Part shown: positions 45,694 through 55,550 of the stretch, one piece after another
Layout: each line of letters starts with the position of its first letter
How positions within the stretch are numbered: position 1 is the stretch's first letter
Translations under genes and position numbers: made by a program
Notes under the pieces: generated by a model
Database searches by the model: none
Seen by the model: the letters and a program-made list of their open reading frames with translations, nothing else
Told to the model about the DNA's origin: nothing
NCBI GenBank assembly: GCA_036676395.1
Contig: JAKFCY010000002.1
Span: forward strand, 448,001-512,000
Direction: 5' to 3'
Source: Bdellovibrio sp.
Lineage (GTDB): Bacteria > Bdellovibrionota > Bdellovibrionia > Bdellovibrionales > Bdellovibrionaceae
DNA length: 64,000 bases

Positions 45694-46407
45694 ATGTCGA
45701 AACTAGATGATGCAATAGCAAATGCCGTAGCAAAGATGCCAAGACCATTGTTGGTGTTTCTCGTATTAGCGGGAGCCTTAGGTTTTATTATTTCGCAAAA
45801 TCCTTTATCTGATGGTTGTGAAGTTGAAGTGAGTAATTTTGGCCGTGAAGTCGCTGGAATTATCACACGTGTAAAGAACAGTAAAAAGCTGGAGCAATAC
45901 CCTAAACTTGATTATGCCCGCGAGCAGTGTAAAGAAGGCAATAGCCAAGGCAGTTGCGAAGATTATTTTAAAGCCGTGAAGCGTGTTGCCGATGCAACGC
46001 GAGTCGTATCACCAAAGTGTTACATCAAGCTTAAAGAAGAATATAAAAGTTTAACTAATGTCTTGGCGACCGGAATAAAAATCATGGCGCTTGCTGCCTG
46101 GGGTGAGAAGCCACCCGAAGGCATTGGCCAACGTATGGGTTGGCTAACAGAAGGCGATATTTACGGTTTTTGCCGCGCTAAAAACGGTTTAGTGCTGTTG
46201 ACCAGTCTTGAGGAATACAAAGTTTTACGAGCTGCGGTCTATCGTGAGTTTCCTGACCGCTGGCCCGAGACGTTACCCCTGGAAAAGCGTGCGGAGATAC
46301 CTCGTCCAAGAGCCCTGCAGTCGTTAGCGAACGTAACAGGCTCTTTAAAAGAGAGCGATGTCTATGAGCGCAGTTTGTTTTCGCTTCGTTGTGATTTGTA
46401 CCAGTAG
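45694..46407 (+). CDS. Hypothetical membrane-anchored Cys-containing protein
   Basis: N-terminal TM; 6 Cys; 237 aa. Confidence 0.7.
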   Translation: MSKLDDAIANAVAKMPRPLLVFLVLAGALGFIISQNPLSDGCEVEVSNFGREVAGIITRVKNSKKLEQYPKLDYAREQCKEGNSQGSCEDYFKAVKRVADATRVVSPKCYIKLKEEYKSLTNVLATGIKIMALAAWGEKPPEGIGQRMGWLTEGDIYGFCRAKNGLVLLTSLEEYKVLRAAVYREFPDRWPETLPLEKRAEIPRPRALQSLANVTGSLKESDVYERSLFSLRCDLYQ

Positions 46408-46410
46408 TCA

Positions 46411-46623
46411 TTATAAACCTGCCACTTGAATAAAGCGCCATTGATTACTGTTCTTGTCTTGAACTTCTCCGATAAAGTAAAAATCCTCTGCTGTAATGCT
46501 CTGAATAACAAAGCGTGATTTGGATTTTTTGACCACGCGCCAGTCAACTGGTTGAAGGCCGAACTCGCGTAGACCTAATTGTAAACTTACTAACTGTGTG
46601 TTTGCCGATAAAAACTTTAACAT
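46411..46623 (-). CDS. Small hypothetical protein
   Basis: 70-aa ORF with AGGGGG RBS, convergent with the 45694 gene. Confidence 0.5.
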   Translation of the reverse strand: MLKFLSANTQLVSLQLGLREFGLQPVDWRVVKKSKSRFVIQSITAEDFYFIGEVQDKNSNQWRFIQVAGL

Positions 46624-46750
46624 TTGTTCCCCCTAATTTTTGTTTGCGTGCCTTCAGCACATCTTGTTGCTTGAGGTCTATTGCAAGACGAGGTGACAAG
46701 TTTAAAGTACTGGCTTTACGATATATTGAAGTTGGCCTTAGGAGGACTCC

Positions 46751-47206
46751 ATGGTTTCGGAAAAGTTCCAAAAAATAGGATTGTTAAGAGTTTTGAAACA
46801 AGTATTTACAATAGAATTATTGGTTCTGTTGCTTTGGATTCCTTGTGTAATTTTTATATTTAAATTTATTCAAGATCGAAAGATTGCAGGGCTTGTTGCG
46901 GGAGCTGGTTTTTTGCTGATTCCAGTGTTTAATATTTTTCGTGAGCGAAAAAGCACAGCGAGTTCGTCATCACGTTTAGCGCGTGTTTTTGCGAGTGGCG
47001 CTTTTTTTCTTTTATCAGCGATGCCGATTTTTTTATTTCGTGTATTTAACTGGGAGAAAAGTTTAGAAGAGATTTCAATCTTCGGGGCGCTATCAGGCCG
47101 TGAGCTTCATAGCTTATCGAATATCTTATATGTCGTGATGATTGCAGTGTATTTTTTGACGAATATCTTAGACGCAAAAAAAACGGCGCCGTTTAAAGCG
47201 CCGTAA
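46751..47206 (+). CDS. Hypothetical 4-TM membrane protein
   Basis: AGGAGG RBS; hydrophobic segments. Confidence 0.65.
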   Translation: MVSEKFQKIGLLRVLKQVFTIELLVLLLWIPCVIFIFKFIQDRKIAGLVAGAGFLLIPVFNIFRERKSTASSSSRLARVFASGAFFLLSAMPIFLFRVFNWEKSLEEISIFGALSGRELHSLSNILYVVMIAVYFLTNILDAKKTAPFKAP

Positions 47207-47249
47207 GGGATCACAACAACAAGTTGTAACGTCTTATTAGTATATCAGA

Positions 47250-47546
47250 TTAGTACTCAAAAGGAACTGCGCTGATAAGTTCTGGACGTGAACTTGTATC
47301 ATAAGCATCTGTACCATTAGGTAATAAGCCTAGTGTACGAGCCTTTTTTACTGCTCCAGCTACTTTCTTTTGTTGAGAAAGACTTAGCTTAGAGATACGA
47401 GCTGGAGTGATCTTACCCGCATCGGCAATAAAGCGGCTTAATGAAGCTGGGTCTTTATAGTCAAAAACGTGATCGCCAGTGTATTCTGTGCGGTATTTGT
47501 TGCGAACTGATTTGCGGTTTTCTTTACCGTTATTTTCTTTTTCCAT
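47250..47546 (-). CDS. rpsR: 30S ribosomal protein S18 (no Zn-ribbon Cys)
   Basis: DYKD...GKITPAR...QQKKVAGAVKKARTLGLLP. Confidence 0.93.
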   Translation of the reverse strand: MEKENNGKENRKSVRNKYRTEYTGDHVFDYKDPASLSRFIADAGKITPARISKLSLSQQKKVAGAVKKARTLGLLPNGTDAYDTSSRPELISAVPFEY

Positions 47547-47644
47547 TTAAACCTCTTGCCAATTGAAGAATATCTGAATATACCAGATATCTCGGTTTTG
47601 GAAGTACTATTTGTACTTGTGATGTAAATAATTAGGAGTAATAA

Positions 47645-47938
47645 ATGAGCCGTTGTGAATTATCAGGCAAATCGCCTGTTGTTAAAAATTTAGTGAGCCA
47701 CTCGAATATCAAAACTAAATCGACGGCTATGCCAAATGTGCAAAGAAAACGCATATTTAGCAAGACTTTGAACCAGATGGTGCGCCTTTATATGGCAACT
47801 AGCACTATTAGAGATATGGAACACACTGGTGGTTTTGATAAATTTATCATCAATCAAGATGATAAAGTTTTATCTCAACGCGCTTTAGACGTTAAAGCCC
47901 GTATCCGTCGTAAAATGAACAAAGCTAAAAAAGCGTAA
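47645..47938 (+). CDS. rpmB: 50S ribosomal protein L28
   Basis: MSRCELSGK...VSHSNIKT...PNVQ. Confidence 0.93.
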   Translation: MSRCELSGKSPVVKNLVSHSNIKTKSTAMPNVQRKRIFSKTLNQMVRLYMATSTIRDMEHTGGFDKFIINQDDKVLSQRALDVKARIRRKMNKAKKA

Positions 47939-47951
47939 TTAGGGACTATAT

Positions 47952-48227
47952 ATGTTAAAATTAAAAATCAAAAAAGGCGACAAAGTACAAGTTATTGCTG
48001 GCGCTGATAAAGGTAAAAAAGGTTCTGTATTAGAAGTTAGCCCGACAGCGATGAAAGTCAAAGTTGAAGGCGTTAAAGTACAAACTCACTACGATAAAAA
48101 AGACGGTCTTCTTAAAAAAGAAGGTTTCATCGATTACTCAAACGTTAAGTTAGTTGAAGCGAAAGCTAAAGCTGCTAAAGCGACTGAGAAAAAAGCGACT
48201 AAAAAAGCTTCTGCTAAAGCAAAGTAA
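47952..48227 (+). CDS. rplX: 50S ribosomal protein L24 (short form)
   Basis: KOW motif KIKKGDKVQVIAGADKGK; KEGFIDYSNV. Confidence 0.88.
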   Translation: MLKLKIKKGDKVQVIAGADKGKKGSVLEVSPTAMKVKVEGVKVQTHYDKKDGLLKKEGFIDYSNVKLVEAKAKAAKATEKKATKKASAKAK

Positions 48228-48261
48228 TTAAAGTCTAGAGAACGTTAAGTTCTTTAATATG

Positions 48262-48293
48262 AAAGGCAATTTGTTGATTCAAATTGCCTTTTG
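48262..48293 (+). terminator. Intrinsic terminator
   Basis: AAAGGCAATTTG...CAAATTGCCTTTT. Confidence 0.75.
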
Positions 48294-48431
48294 TCGTTTA
48301 GGCCTAATATTCCTAAATCGAATACGGTCTGGGAAGCTCCTTCCCAGACTTGATCTGACAAAGATTCGGTAATTGTCCAGTCGGACTTCTGCTTAGTGAC
48401 CAATCAAAAATAACCACCGAAACTAATCCAT

Positions 48432-48734
48432 ATGCGTCATGCTATTATAATTATCAGCTTATGGTTGGGTTCAGTTCAAACACTGGCCGCAGACAAAAAC
48501 AATATGTTCGTTTTCTGCGAACGCCAGCGCGATGTTCGTTGGATTCGGGTCTTTTCATCAAGTGATGGCAAGTGTAAAACCGTTTATTCTAAAGATGGCT
48601 ACTCACAAGTCGTGAGCTCTGCAACATTCTATTCGTCGTGCGAGGCGGTACTGCTTAATGTGAAGAGGAATGTTGAAGGCGGCGGCTTTAAATGTCGTGA
48701 GGCTGTTTTAGCAAACTTTGTCGAAATCGAATAA
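48432..48734 (+). CDS. Small secreted protein with 4 Cys
   Basis: Signal peptide; C-C-C-GGFKC pattern. Confidence 0.65.
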   Translation: MRHAIIIISLWLGSVQTLAADKNNMFVFCERQRDVRWIRVFSSSDGKCKTVYSKDGYSQVVSSATFYSSCEAVLLNVKRNVEGGGFKCREAVLANFVEIE

Positions 48735-48736
48735 GA

Positions 48737-49570
48737 ATGAAAATCACTCTGCTTCAGTTAAACTCATCAGATGATATCTCTAAAAATTTAGAGCGAATTA
48801 TTACTCTGATGGAGTCACATTTGGCGGAGCAAGCGACACAAGCTCTTAAGAGATCTCGCCTATTTGTACTTCCGGAAAACAGCTTGTATTTTCGCATTAT
48901 CGAAGGTGAATCTTTAAAAGCGTTAACTTTAGATTCTGTCGAAATTCAAACCTTACAAAAACTATGCGACACGCATAAAGTAGATTTGCATTTTACAACA
49001 GCGATGTCAGACCAAGGTAAAGTTTGGAATGCGTCGGTGCTGATTAGTCCGAATGAACCCGCGAAAATAATTTATAAAAAAATTCATCTTTTCGATATTC
49101 AGCTCGAGGGGCAAAAGGCCATTCGGGAATCAGATTTTTTCACTCACGGTGAAGAGGTCACAGGTTTTGAAGTAGAGGGCCTAAGATTTGGCTCGTCGAT
49201 TTGTTATGACATACGATTTTCTGAGCTCTATCACCAATTGGCCAAAAACCAAGTGGATGTGATTTTAGTGCCTGCGGCCTTTTTGGTAAAAACTGGGCAA
49301 GCCCATTGGGAGACTCTTTTGCGAGCCCGTGCGATTGAATCGCAGGCCTACGTTTTAGCTCCGGCTCAGGTTGGTGAGCATCAAAGTACCCAAGCTGGCA
49401 AAACTGCAGCACGCTTTACTTATGGGCATTCCATGGCCATCGATCCGTGGGGCCAAGTGGTTGAGTGTAGAGCTGAAGGTGTGGGCTGTTTAGATATAGA
49501 AATCAGTTTAGATCTTGTTCGATCGGTGCGTCGACAAATCCCCATGATCAATCACAGACGCCTTAAGTGA
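48737..49570 (+). CDS. Carbon-nitrogen hydrolase (Nit1-like amidase)
   Basis: Catalytic triad LPE, YKKIHLFD, ICYDIRF; RARAIE; YGHS. Confidence 0.92.
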   Translation: MKITLLQLNSSDDISKNLERIITLMESHLAEQATQALKRSRLFVLPENSLYFRIIEGESLKALTLDSVEIQTLQKLCDTHKVDLHFTTAMSDQGKVWNASVLISPNEPAKIIYKKIHLFDIQLEGQKAIRESDFFTHGEEVTGFEVEGLRFGSSICYDIRFSELYHQLAKNQVDVILVPAAFLVKTGQAHWETLLRARAIESQAYVLAPAQVGEHQSTQAGKTAARFTYGHSMAIDPWGQVVECRAEGVGCLDIEISLDLVRSVRRQIPMINHRRLK

Positions 49571-49612
49571 TTTCTCCTTTATTTTTCATTTAGAAATATA
49601 TAAAGTTGAGAG

Positions 49613-49903
49613 ATGAAAAAATCTTCTTCTATCTCTAAGAAAAAGCCCGTTATGCGTGCAGTTCTATTTATTTGTTTATCATTGTTTGTTTTAGGTTTGG
49701 TGATGACGATTCATCAAGCCGCACAAGCCGCAGATCGTGGCATAGCTGCGTCTGGTGATAGTACAGAGTTTCAACTGTTAGATATGTACCGTGAGAAAAA
49801 ATACAAAGGCGCTTTGGATGAAGAGGAGTTAAAAGTTTTAACAGATCTTCAAACATCAGATTCAAAAAAGAAAAAATCGCAAGAATCTGAAGAGGGGTTT
49901 TAG
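49613..49903 (+). CDS. Hypothetical exported protein
   Basis: Signal/TM segment followed by RGIA motif; directly abuts ETF-QO. Confidence 0.6.
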   Translation: MKKSSSISKKKPVMRAVLFICLSLFVLGLVMTIHQAAQAADRGIAASGDSTEFQLLDMYREKKYKGALDEEELKVLTDLQTSDSKKKKSQESEEGF

Positions 49904-51637
49904 ATGGTTCATGATCATTTACCTGAAGGTGTGACTAGAGACACTATGGAAGTTGACGTTCTTATCGTGGGTGGCGGTGCTGCCGGACTTTCTTGTGCTT
50001 ATAAAATTGCAACTGATATTGAAAAACATAATCAAGCTATCGCTGATGGCAAACTTAATGCTGAACCGATTCCGGAACAAATGATTGTTGTTCTTGAGAA
50101 AGCCACAGAAATCGGTGCGCACAGTTTTTCTGGTGCGGTATTAAAGCCAACAGCTTTAAAAGAATTAATTCCGAACTACTTGGAACTTGGTTGCCCGTTA
50201 GATTCAGAAGTTAAAAAAGATGCGGTTTATTATTTAAGTAATAATTCAGCAATTAAACTTCCGATCACTCCGCCGCCATTTCATAATGTCGGTAATTATA
50301 TTGTTTCACTATCTAAACTTAATCGTTGGTTAGCTGGGCAGTGTGAAGCTAAAGGGATTAATATTTTTCCAGGTTTTGCTGCTGTAGAAGCTCTTTATGA
50401 AGGCGATCGCATCGTTGGTGTTCGCACTGGCGATAAAGGCCGTGATAAAGAAGGTAACCCAAAAGCAAACTTTGAACCGGGTTTAATCTTAAAAGCAAAA
50501 ACAACTGTGTTTGCTGAAGGAACGCGTGGAAGTTTATTTAAACAAGTTTCTAAAAAATTAGATCTTCGCGCAGGAAAAAATCCTGAAGTGTTCGAAGAAG
50601 GTGTTAAAGAAGTTATTCAAATGCCTGCGGGCACTGTTGAGCCTGGACAAGTCATTCATACGATGGGGTTTCCGTTAAAGAAATCTATCGGTGGAACTTT
50701 TATTTACACGATTCCTGGAGATAAAATTATCTTAGGGTTAGTGGCGTACTTAGACACTAAAGATCCATTACTTGATCCACATAAAGAATTACAAAAATTA
50801 AAAACTCATCCATTTATTGCCAACATGATCAAGGGCGGAAAAGTTTTAGCTTACGGTGGTAAGACTCTTCCTGCCGGTGGTTGGTATTCGATGCCAAAAC
50901 TTTATGGTGATGGTTGGATGGTGTGTGGTGATTCTGCCAGCATGGTGGATGTGCAAAAATTAAAAGGAATTCATTTGGCGATGAAATCGGGAATGGCTGC
51001 TGCAGAAGCTGCTTTTACCGCGATTCAAAAACAGGATTCGTCGCATGAAGTATTAAAAGCTTATGAAGATAAAGTGCATGCTTCATATGTAAAATCTGAA
51101 TTATACAGAGTCAGAAACTTTCACCAAACTTTATCATTAGGTTTTGTGAAATCATTACCGTTAATCGCACTGCAAGAAATCACGGGTGGCCGTGGCTTAG
51201 TTGATAATATGAAAAGCCACGAGGATGCCGATGTCACAGCTTCGGTAAAAGAAGTTTGGGGTACGGATGATGCCCTAACTTCGACGCCTGAAAACAGGCT
51301 GCCGAAGCCTGATGGCGTATTGATGTTTGATAAATTAGGAAGCGTTTACTTAACGGGGACCATGCATGACGAGGATTCGCCAAATCACCTTTTATTAGGG
51401 GATGCGAGTATCTGTCGTAATGTTTGTGAGCCTAAGTATAAGTCTCCTTGTGTGCAGTTCTGCCCAGCTAGCGTATATGAGATGCTACCGTCACAAGTTG
51501 AAGCCGGTAAGTACGATTTACAAATTAATTATACGAACTGTATTCACTGTAAGACCTGTGATATTAAATGCCCAACAAAGAACATTGATTGGACAGTTCC
51601 CGAAGGCGGGGGCGGTCCGAAATACACAGAAACCTAA
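49904..51637 (+). CDS. Electron transfer flavoprotein-ubiquinone oxidoreductase
   Basis: GGGAAG FAD motif; KGIHLAMKSG; FCPA...NCIHCKTCDIK 4Fe-4S; WTVPEGGGGP. Confidence 0.95.
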   Translation: MVHDHLPEGVTRDTMEVDVLIVGGGAAGLSCAYKIATDIEKHNQAIADGKLNAEPIPEQMIVVLEKATEIGAHSFSGAVLKPTALKELIPNYLELGCPLDSEVKKDAVYYLSNNSAIKLPITPPPFHNVGNYIVSLSKLNRWLAGQCEAKGINIFPGFAAVEALYEGDRIVGVRTGDKGRDKEGNPKANFEPGLILKAKTTVFAEGTRGSLFKQVSKKLDLRAGKNPEVFEEGVKEVIQMPAGTVEPGQVIHTMGFPLKKSIGGTFIYTIPGDKIILGLVAYLDTKDPLLDPHKELQKLKTHPFIANMIKGGKVLAYGGKTLPAGGWYSMPKLYGDGWMVCGDSASMVDVQKLKGIHLAMKSGMAAAEAAFTAIQKQDSSHEVLKAYEDKVHASYVKSELYRVRNFHQTLSLGFVKSLPLIALQEITGGRGLVDNMKSHEDADVTASVKEVWGTDDALTSTPENRLPKPDGVLMFDKLGSVYLTGTMHDEDSPNHLLLGDASICRNVCEPKYKSPCVQFCPASVYEMLPSQVEAGKYDLQINYTNCIHCKTCDIKCPTKNIDWTVPEGGGGPKYTET

Positions 51638-51742
51638 AAGTCTTTGCGTATTTAAAGGCGTAGAAGTAGTCTGCGCCTTCATTAAAAACAAAGAGTATTC
51701 ACAAGCGGAAGTGAACGCTCTAACGGATAAAGGGAGAACCAG

Positions 51743-52939
51743 ATGGCTCGTTTTTTTGCGTCATGTCCAATCGGCATGGTCGATCTAGTAGAACAAGAAT
51801 TAAAAGACTTAGGATTAAAAACCGGTGATAAAACTATCGGCGGCGTTTTATTTGAATCGAACTGGGAAGGTTGTTACAAAGCCAATCTTCATTCTCGTTA
51901 CGCAAGTCGTATTTTAAAACCACTTTTAGATTTTAACGCTTACAGCGGCGAAGAACTTTATAACAACGTTCGTAAGCACGATTTCACAAAATACATTTCT
52001 GCGGATCAAACTATGACAATCGATGCAGTTGTTAAAGAATGTTCGATTCCAGATCAACGCTTTTTAGCTATGAAGACTAAAGATGCGATTGTAGATCAAT
52101 TTCGCGATAAATTCGGTAAACGCCCAGACGTTGCGAAAGATAATCCATCAATGCGTATTCATATCAAAGGTTATAAAAATAAATACCACATGGCTTTAGA
52201 CACTTCAGGTAGTTCGCTGTTCATGCGTGGCTATCGCACGATGACTGGTGAAGCTCCATTAAAAGAAAACTTAGCAGCGGGTCTTTTAGGCTTAACTGAA
52301 TGGGATCGCAAGTCTCCGTTAGTGGATCTATTTTGCGGTTCGGGAACAATCTTGATTGAAGCGGCGATGATGGCGGCAAACATGGCGCCTGGAATTCACC
52401 GTAATCATTTCGGATTTATGAACTTAGCAGACTACAACGAAGACACTTGGTTAAAAGTGATCAACGAAGCAGAGTCTCAGGAAAAAGACACTTTAGATTT
52501 TAAATTATACGGTTATGACCATGATAAAAAAGTTCTTCAATTTGCAAAAGACAATGCCCGCAATGCAGGTGTCAGCAAATTTATCGAATTTAAAGGAACT
52601 TCAATTGCTGTAGCAGCTCCGCCAGTGACTGGCGAAGATAATACTGAAGTTAAGGGAACAGTTATTTGTAATCCTCCGTACGGCGCTCGTATCGGTGATG
52701 AAGATAACTTAAAAGACGTTTACCGTGATTTAGGTTTCACTTTAAAAAATCGCTTTCAAGGTTGGGATGCTTGGTTATTATCAGGCAGTAAAGACTTATT
52801 GGGCGAGATGAAATTAAAATCAACGCGTAAGTATTATTTAATGAACGGAAACATCGAATGCCGTTTCTTAAAATATGAAATGTACACTGGTTCTAAGCGC
52901 ACACCGAAAGCGGTTGTTGCGACGACGACAGAGCAGTAA
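51743..52939 (+). CDS. rlmL: THUMP-domain rRNA m2G methyltransferase (RlmL-like)
   Basis: RGYR, APLKENLAA, FCGSGTILIEA, NPPYG. Confidence 0.85.
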   Translation: MARFFASCPIGMVDLVEQELKDLGLKTGDKTIGGVLFESNWEGCYKANLHSRYASRILKPLLDFNAYSGEELYNNVRKHDFTKYISADQTMTIDAVVKECSIPDQRFLAMKTKDAIVDQFRDKFGKRPDVAKDNPSMRIHIKGYKNKYHMALDTSGSSLFMRGYRTMTGEAPLKENLAAGLLGLTEWDRKSPLVDLFCGSGTILIEAAMMAANMAPGIHRNHFGFMNLADYNEDTWLKVINEAESQEKDTLDFKLYGYDHDKKVLQFAKDNARNAGVSKFIEFKGTSIAVAAPPVTGEDNTEVKGTVICNPPYGARIGDEDNLKDVYRDLGFTLKNRFQGWDAWLLSGSKDLLGEMKLKSTRKYYLMNGNIECRFLKYEMYTGSKRTPKAVVATTTEQ

Positions 52940-52993
52940 TTGCGTTTGAGTCTTAAGCCGGAAGTTTGCCGTCGTCGGGCGGTGTCATTTTCA

Positions 52994-53039
52994 CAAAACA
53001 AAAAAAGGCAGAGTTAATAACTCTGCCTTTTTTGTTTTG
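52994..53039. terminator. Bidirectional terminator (twin of 55494-55525)
   Basis: AAAAAAAGGCAGAGT-TAATA-ACTCTGCCTTTTTT. Confidence 0.85.
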
Positions 53040-53061
53040 CTACATATTGGTGGATCGTTAA

Positions 53062-53562
53062 TTACATACGGTCTTGATCAAGAGCGATGTTAAGTTTTTC
53101 TAAACCTAAGTTAACTCCGAAACCTTTTGTAAATTGTAATGATAAGTTCACAGTTAAAGCTGGGATATCAGTGTGAGCTGCAGCTAAAACACCTACGCCA
53201 CGGATTACAGAAGCTTGTCCTTGAACTAATAAGTAGTTACCTAATAGATCTTTTGGGTTGTTAGTAAATAAAGCGATGTTAGCTGCGGTGCCTACGAATG
53301 CCATTTTACCGAAAGCCACTTGTGGTCCGATGAAGTGAGACTTCGCTTTTAAAGTGATTGGGTAAGACTCTGTAACACCAGATGCGCTAATGCAACGTAA
53401 GCTGCCTTTTGCTTCTAATTTGTATTTACCTACGATAACTTTTAAGCCTGACGCTTGACCTTTAAAAGTCATGTTACAAGCCCATGCAGGGATATCTGCT
53501 TTTGCTTGAGTTGTAAGACCTAATCCGAACACCATTGCCATTGCTACTAATACTGATTTCAT
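53062..53562 (-). CDS. Secreted protein, DUF992-like
   Basis: AGGAGG RBS; signal peptide (AKA|D); two Cys and Gly-rich beta pattern reminiscent of DUF992. Confidence 0.55.
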   Translation of the reverse strand: MKSVLVAMAMVFGLGLTTQAKADIPAWACNMTFKGQASGLKVIVGKYKLEAKGSLRCISASGVTESYPITLKAKSHFIGPQVAFGKMAFVGTAANIALFTNNPKDLLGNYLLVQGQASVIRGVGVLAAAHTDIPALTVNLSLQFTKGFGVNLGLEKLNIALDQDRM

Positions 53563-53663
53563 TAAAACCTCCTAAGGTTTGTTATTTGTTGTTGAAACCA
53601 GAGATAAATACTTTTTGGTCTGCCGTCTAGAGGGGGTCAGTGTCTTCCTGTTCCGATATTTTA

Positions 53664-53686
53664 AATCGGGACACTATGTCCCGATT
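53664..53686. promoter_or_regulatory. Perfect palindromic operator candidate
   Basis: AATCGGGACA-CTA-TGTCCCGATT between divergent genes. Confidence 0.6.
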
Positions 53687-53725
53687 AGCTTGCGTTTTTT
53701 ACACACTAGAGTTATAGATCTAGTT

Positions 53726-54499
53726 ATGAAAATGACAATTAAGAGCTTTCTTTTGCTGGAGTTAACAAAACGTCAGACGCGTAACTCGGCGTATTCATTA
53801 CGTGCGTTCGCTCGTGATTTGGGTATTGGCGTGACTACATTATCAGATGTATTAGCTGACAAGCGCAGCCTATCTAAAACGAATTTAGAAAAAGTGTCGA
53901 TTAAGCTGATGTTGTCGCCGATGGAGCTTGAGCAAGTTTGGCAAGAGTACAAACAGAACTATCAAAAAGATTTAGAAATTGATGAACATGCCTTAGTTGA
54001 TGAAGACACTTTTCGTCTTATTGGTGATTGGAAGCATTTAGCCATTTTAAATTTAGCAAAGATTCCTGCAAATCAGGCGGGAAAGCCCAGTTGGATTGCG
54101 AGGCGTTTAGGGACAACTACTGAAGAAGCAGCAGCTACACTAGAGCGTTTACTCAGACTTAAACTTGTTAAAAAACAAGAAAGTAAACTGGTGAGAACAT
54201 CTAAGCCCATTGTAACGTCTAATAACATTCCGTCGATGGCAATTCGTAAATATCACGCTGAAAATCTTTGGTTAGCCGAAAAAACTTTACACGAAGAGGA
54301 CGTTTCTCGGCGCCAATTTGTCTCGACAACTTTGGCGATTAACCCTGAAAATTTGCCACGTGCGACTGAATTAATGATTAAGACTCGAAATAAAATCGAA
54401 GCGATGCTAGAAGAGGGGCCAGTCACAGAAGTATATACGGTTTCTTTTCAAATGTTTCCGCTCACTAAACTTCAAGCGACTAAAGGAGATAAAAAATGA
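53726..54499 (+). CDS. TIGR02147/DUF4423-like HTH protein
   Basis: NSAYSLRAFARDLGI HTH; WKHLAIL; IARRLG; AIRKYH; QMFPLT; probable ATG 53726. Confidence 0.82.
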   Translation: MKMTIKSFLLLELTKRQTRNSAYSLRAFARDLGIGVTTLSDVLADKRSLSKTNLEKVSIKLMLSPMELEQVWQEYKQNYQKDLEIDEHALVDEDTFRLIGDWKHLAILNLAKIPANQAGKPSWIARRLGTTTEEAAATLERLLRLKLVKKQESKLVRTSKPIVTSNNIPSMAIRKYHAENLWLAEKTLHEEDVSRRQFVSTTLAINPENLPRATELMIKTRNKIEAMLEEGPVTEVYTVSFQMFPLTKLQATKGDKK

Positions 54500-55485
54500 A
54501 AACAACTTTAACTAAATTAGTAGTTCTTTTCACAGTTCTTTCAACTCAATCTGTTTTTGCTGGTGGCGACCGTGTTAATAACGGCGGCGGCTTAGCAGAA
54601 AAAAATGTGATGTACGCTTACGAGAAATTAGGAAGCTATATTAAGCTTTGCCTAGATTCAGATACATGTAAGTTGAATTCAACTCAGTATTATATCTTAC
54701 AGAAAATCTATAACGGATTACCTACAGATAAAAATTCAAACCAATTGTCTTTTTCTTCTGAGCAGGCAAATCCAGGAAGATTTATTATCGATGGAAATGT
54801 TCGTGTTGCTAAAACGGGAAGTCTGCCTGGTAGCGCGATCATGATTAATACAGATCTATTATATAATAAGAATCAAAGCGGCGTTTATGAGGCGATGAGC
54901 ATCCCTGAGGCTGTGGCAGTACTGGTGCATGAGTTCGGTCATCACTACGGTAACAACAGCCATGAAGAGTTAGACTTAATTGGCGTGCGTATTTCTTTAT
55001 TGCTACAATCAAAAGTAATCACAACGCCGTTAGTGCCATGGAGATCTGATATCGCAATGACGGTCTTGAATCAGGATGCGACAGGTTCGTTTCCTGAGGT
55101 TATCTTGTACGTAGGCAATGACATTATCGATATCAGCCATTTCTACAAAGCTGAAATTGAATGTACAGGATTTAAAATTCCGATTCCTTTATTGCCTGTT
55201 CCGGATATCAACATTAACGGCAAAACTCCAAAAGCTTCAATTTTTCATAACCTTCACTGGGATAAAATCAAAGATAAAGACACATCTTTAGAAGTGCAGA
55301 TTACGGGTAATGTGTCGAATCGTTGTAAAGTACAGAGCGATACTGAAATTCGTAGCAATTCATCTCAGTTATCAATTAAATTTAAAATGAATAAAGGTAT
55401 AGACACTTGGGTTTATGACAAATCGTCACTAAGCCTGAAACAGTTTGAAGACCAATGGTGGAAAATCATTAAACTTCCGAACTAA
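54496..55485 (+). CDS. Secreted protein with HExxH zinc-metallopeptidase motif
   Basis: Signal peptide then GGDRVNNGGG; LVHEFGHH; ATGA overlap with the upstream gene. Confidence 0.7.
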   Translation: MKTTLTKLVVLFTVLSTQSVFAGGDRVNNGGGLAEKNVMYAYEKLGSYIKLCLDSDTCKLNSTQYYILQKIYNGLPTDKNSNQLSFSSEQANPGRFIIDGNVRVAKTGSLPGSAIMINTDLLYNKNQSGVYEAMSIPEAVAVLVHEFGHHYGNNSHEELDLIGVRISLLLQSKVITTPLVPWRSDIAMTVLNQDATGSFPEVILYVGNDIIDISHFYKAEIECTGFKIPIPLLPVPDININGKTPKASIFHNLHWDKIKDKDTSLEVQITGNVSNRCKVQSDTEIRSNSSQLSIKFKMNKGIDTWVYDKSSLSLKQFEDQWWKIIKLPN

Positions 55486-55493
55486 GAAGAAAT

Positions 55494-55525
55494 AAAAAAA
55501 GGCAGAGTGAAGACTCTGCCTTTTT
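55494..55525. terminator. Bidirectional terminator
   Basis: AAAAAAAGGCAGAGT-GAAG-ACTCTGCCTTTTT. Confidence 0.85.
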
Positions 55526-55550
55526 AGTTTTTAGGATATTTTTAATTTTC

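Noticed and set aside
48328..48350. Inverted repeat GTCTGGGAAG-CTC-CTTCCCAGAC
   Set aside because: Single occurrence with no assignable function; could be an operator or RNA hairpin but is unsupported.
53579..53725. Extended N-termini in the ORF track (also 6586, 19838, 22246, 35587, 39209, 40914, 63079)
   Set aside because: Downstream starts fit RBS, gene-overlap or promoter evidence and domain boundaries better.
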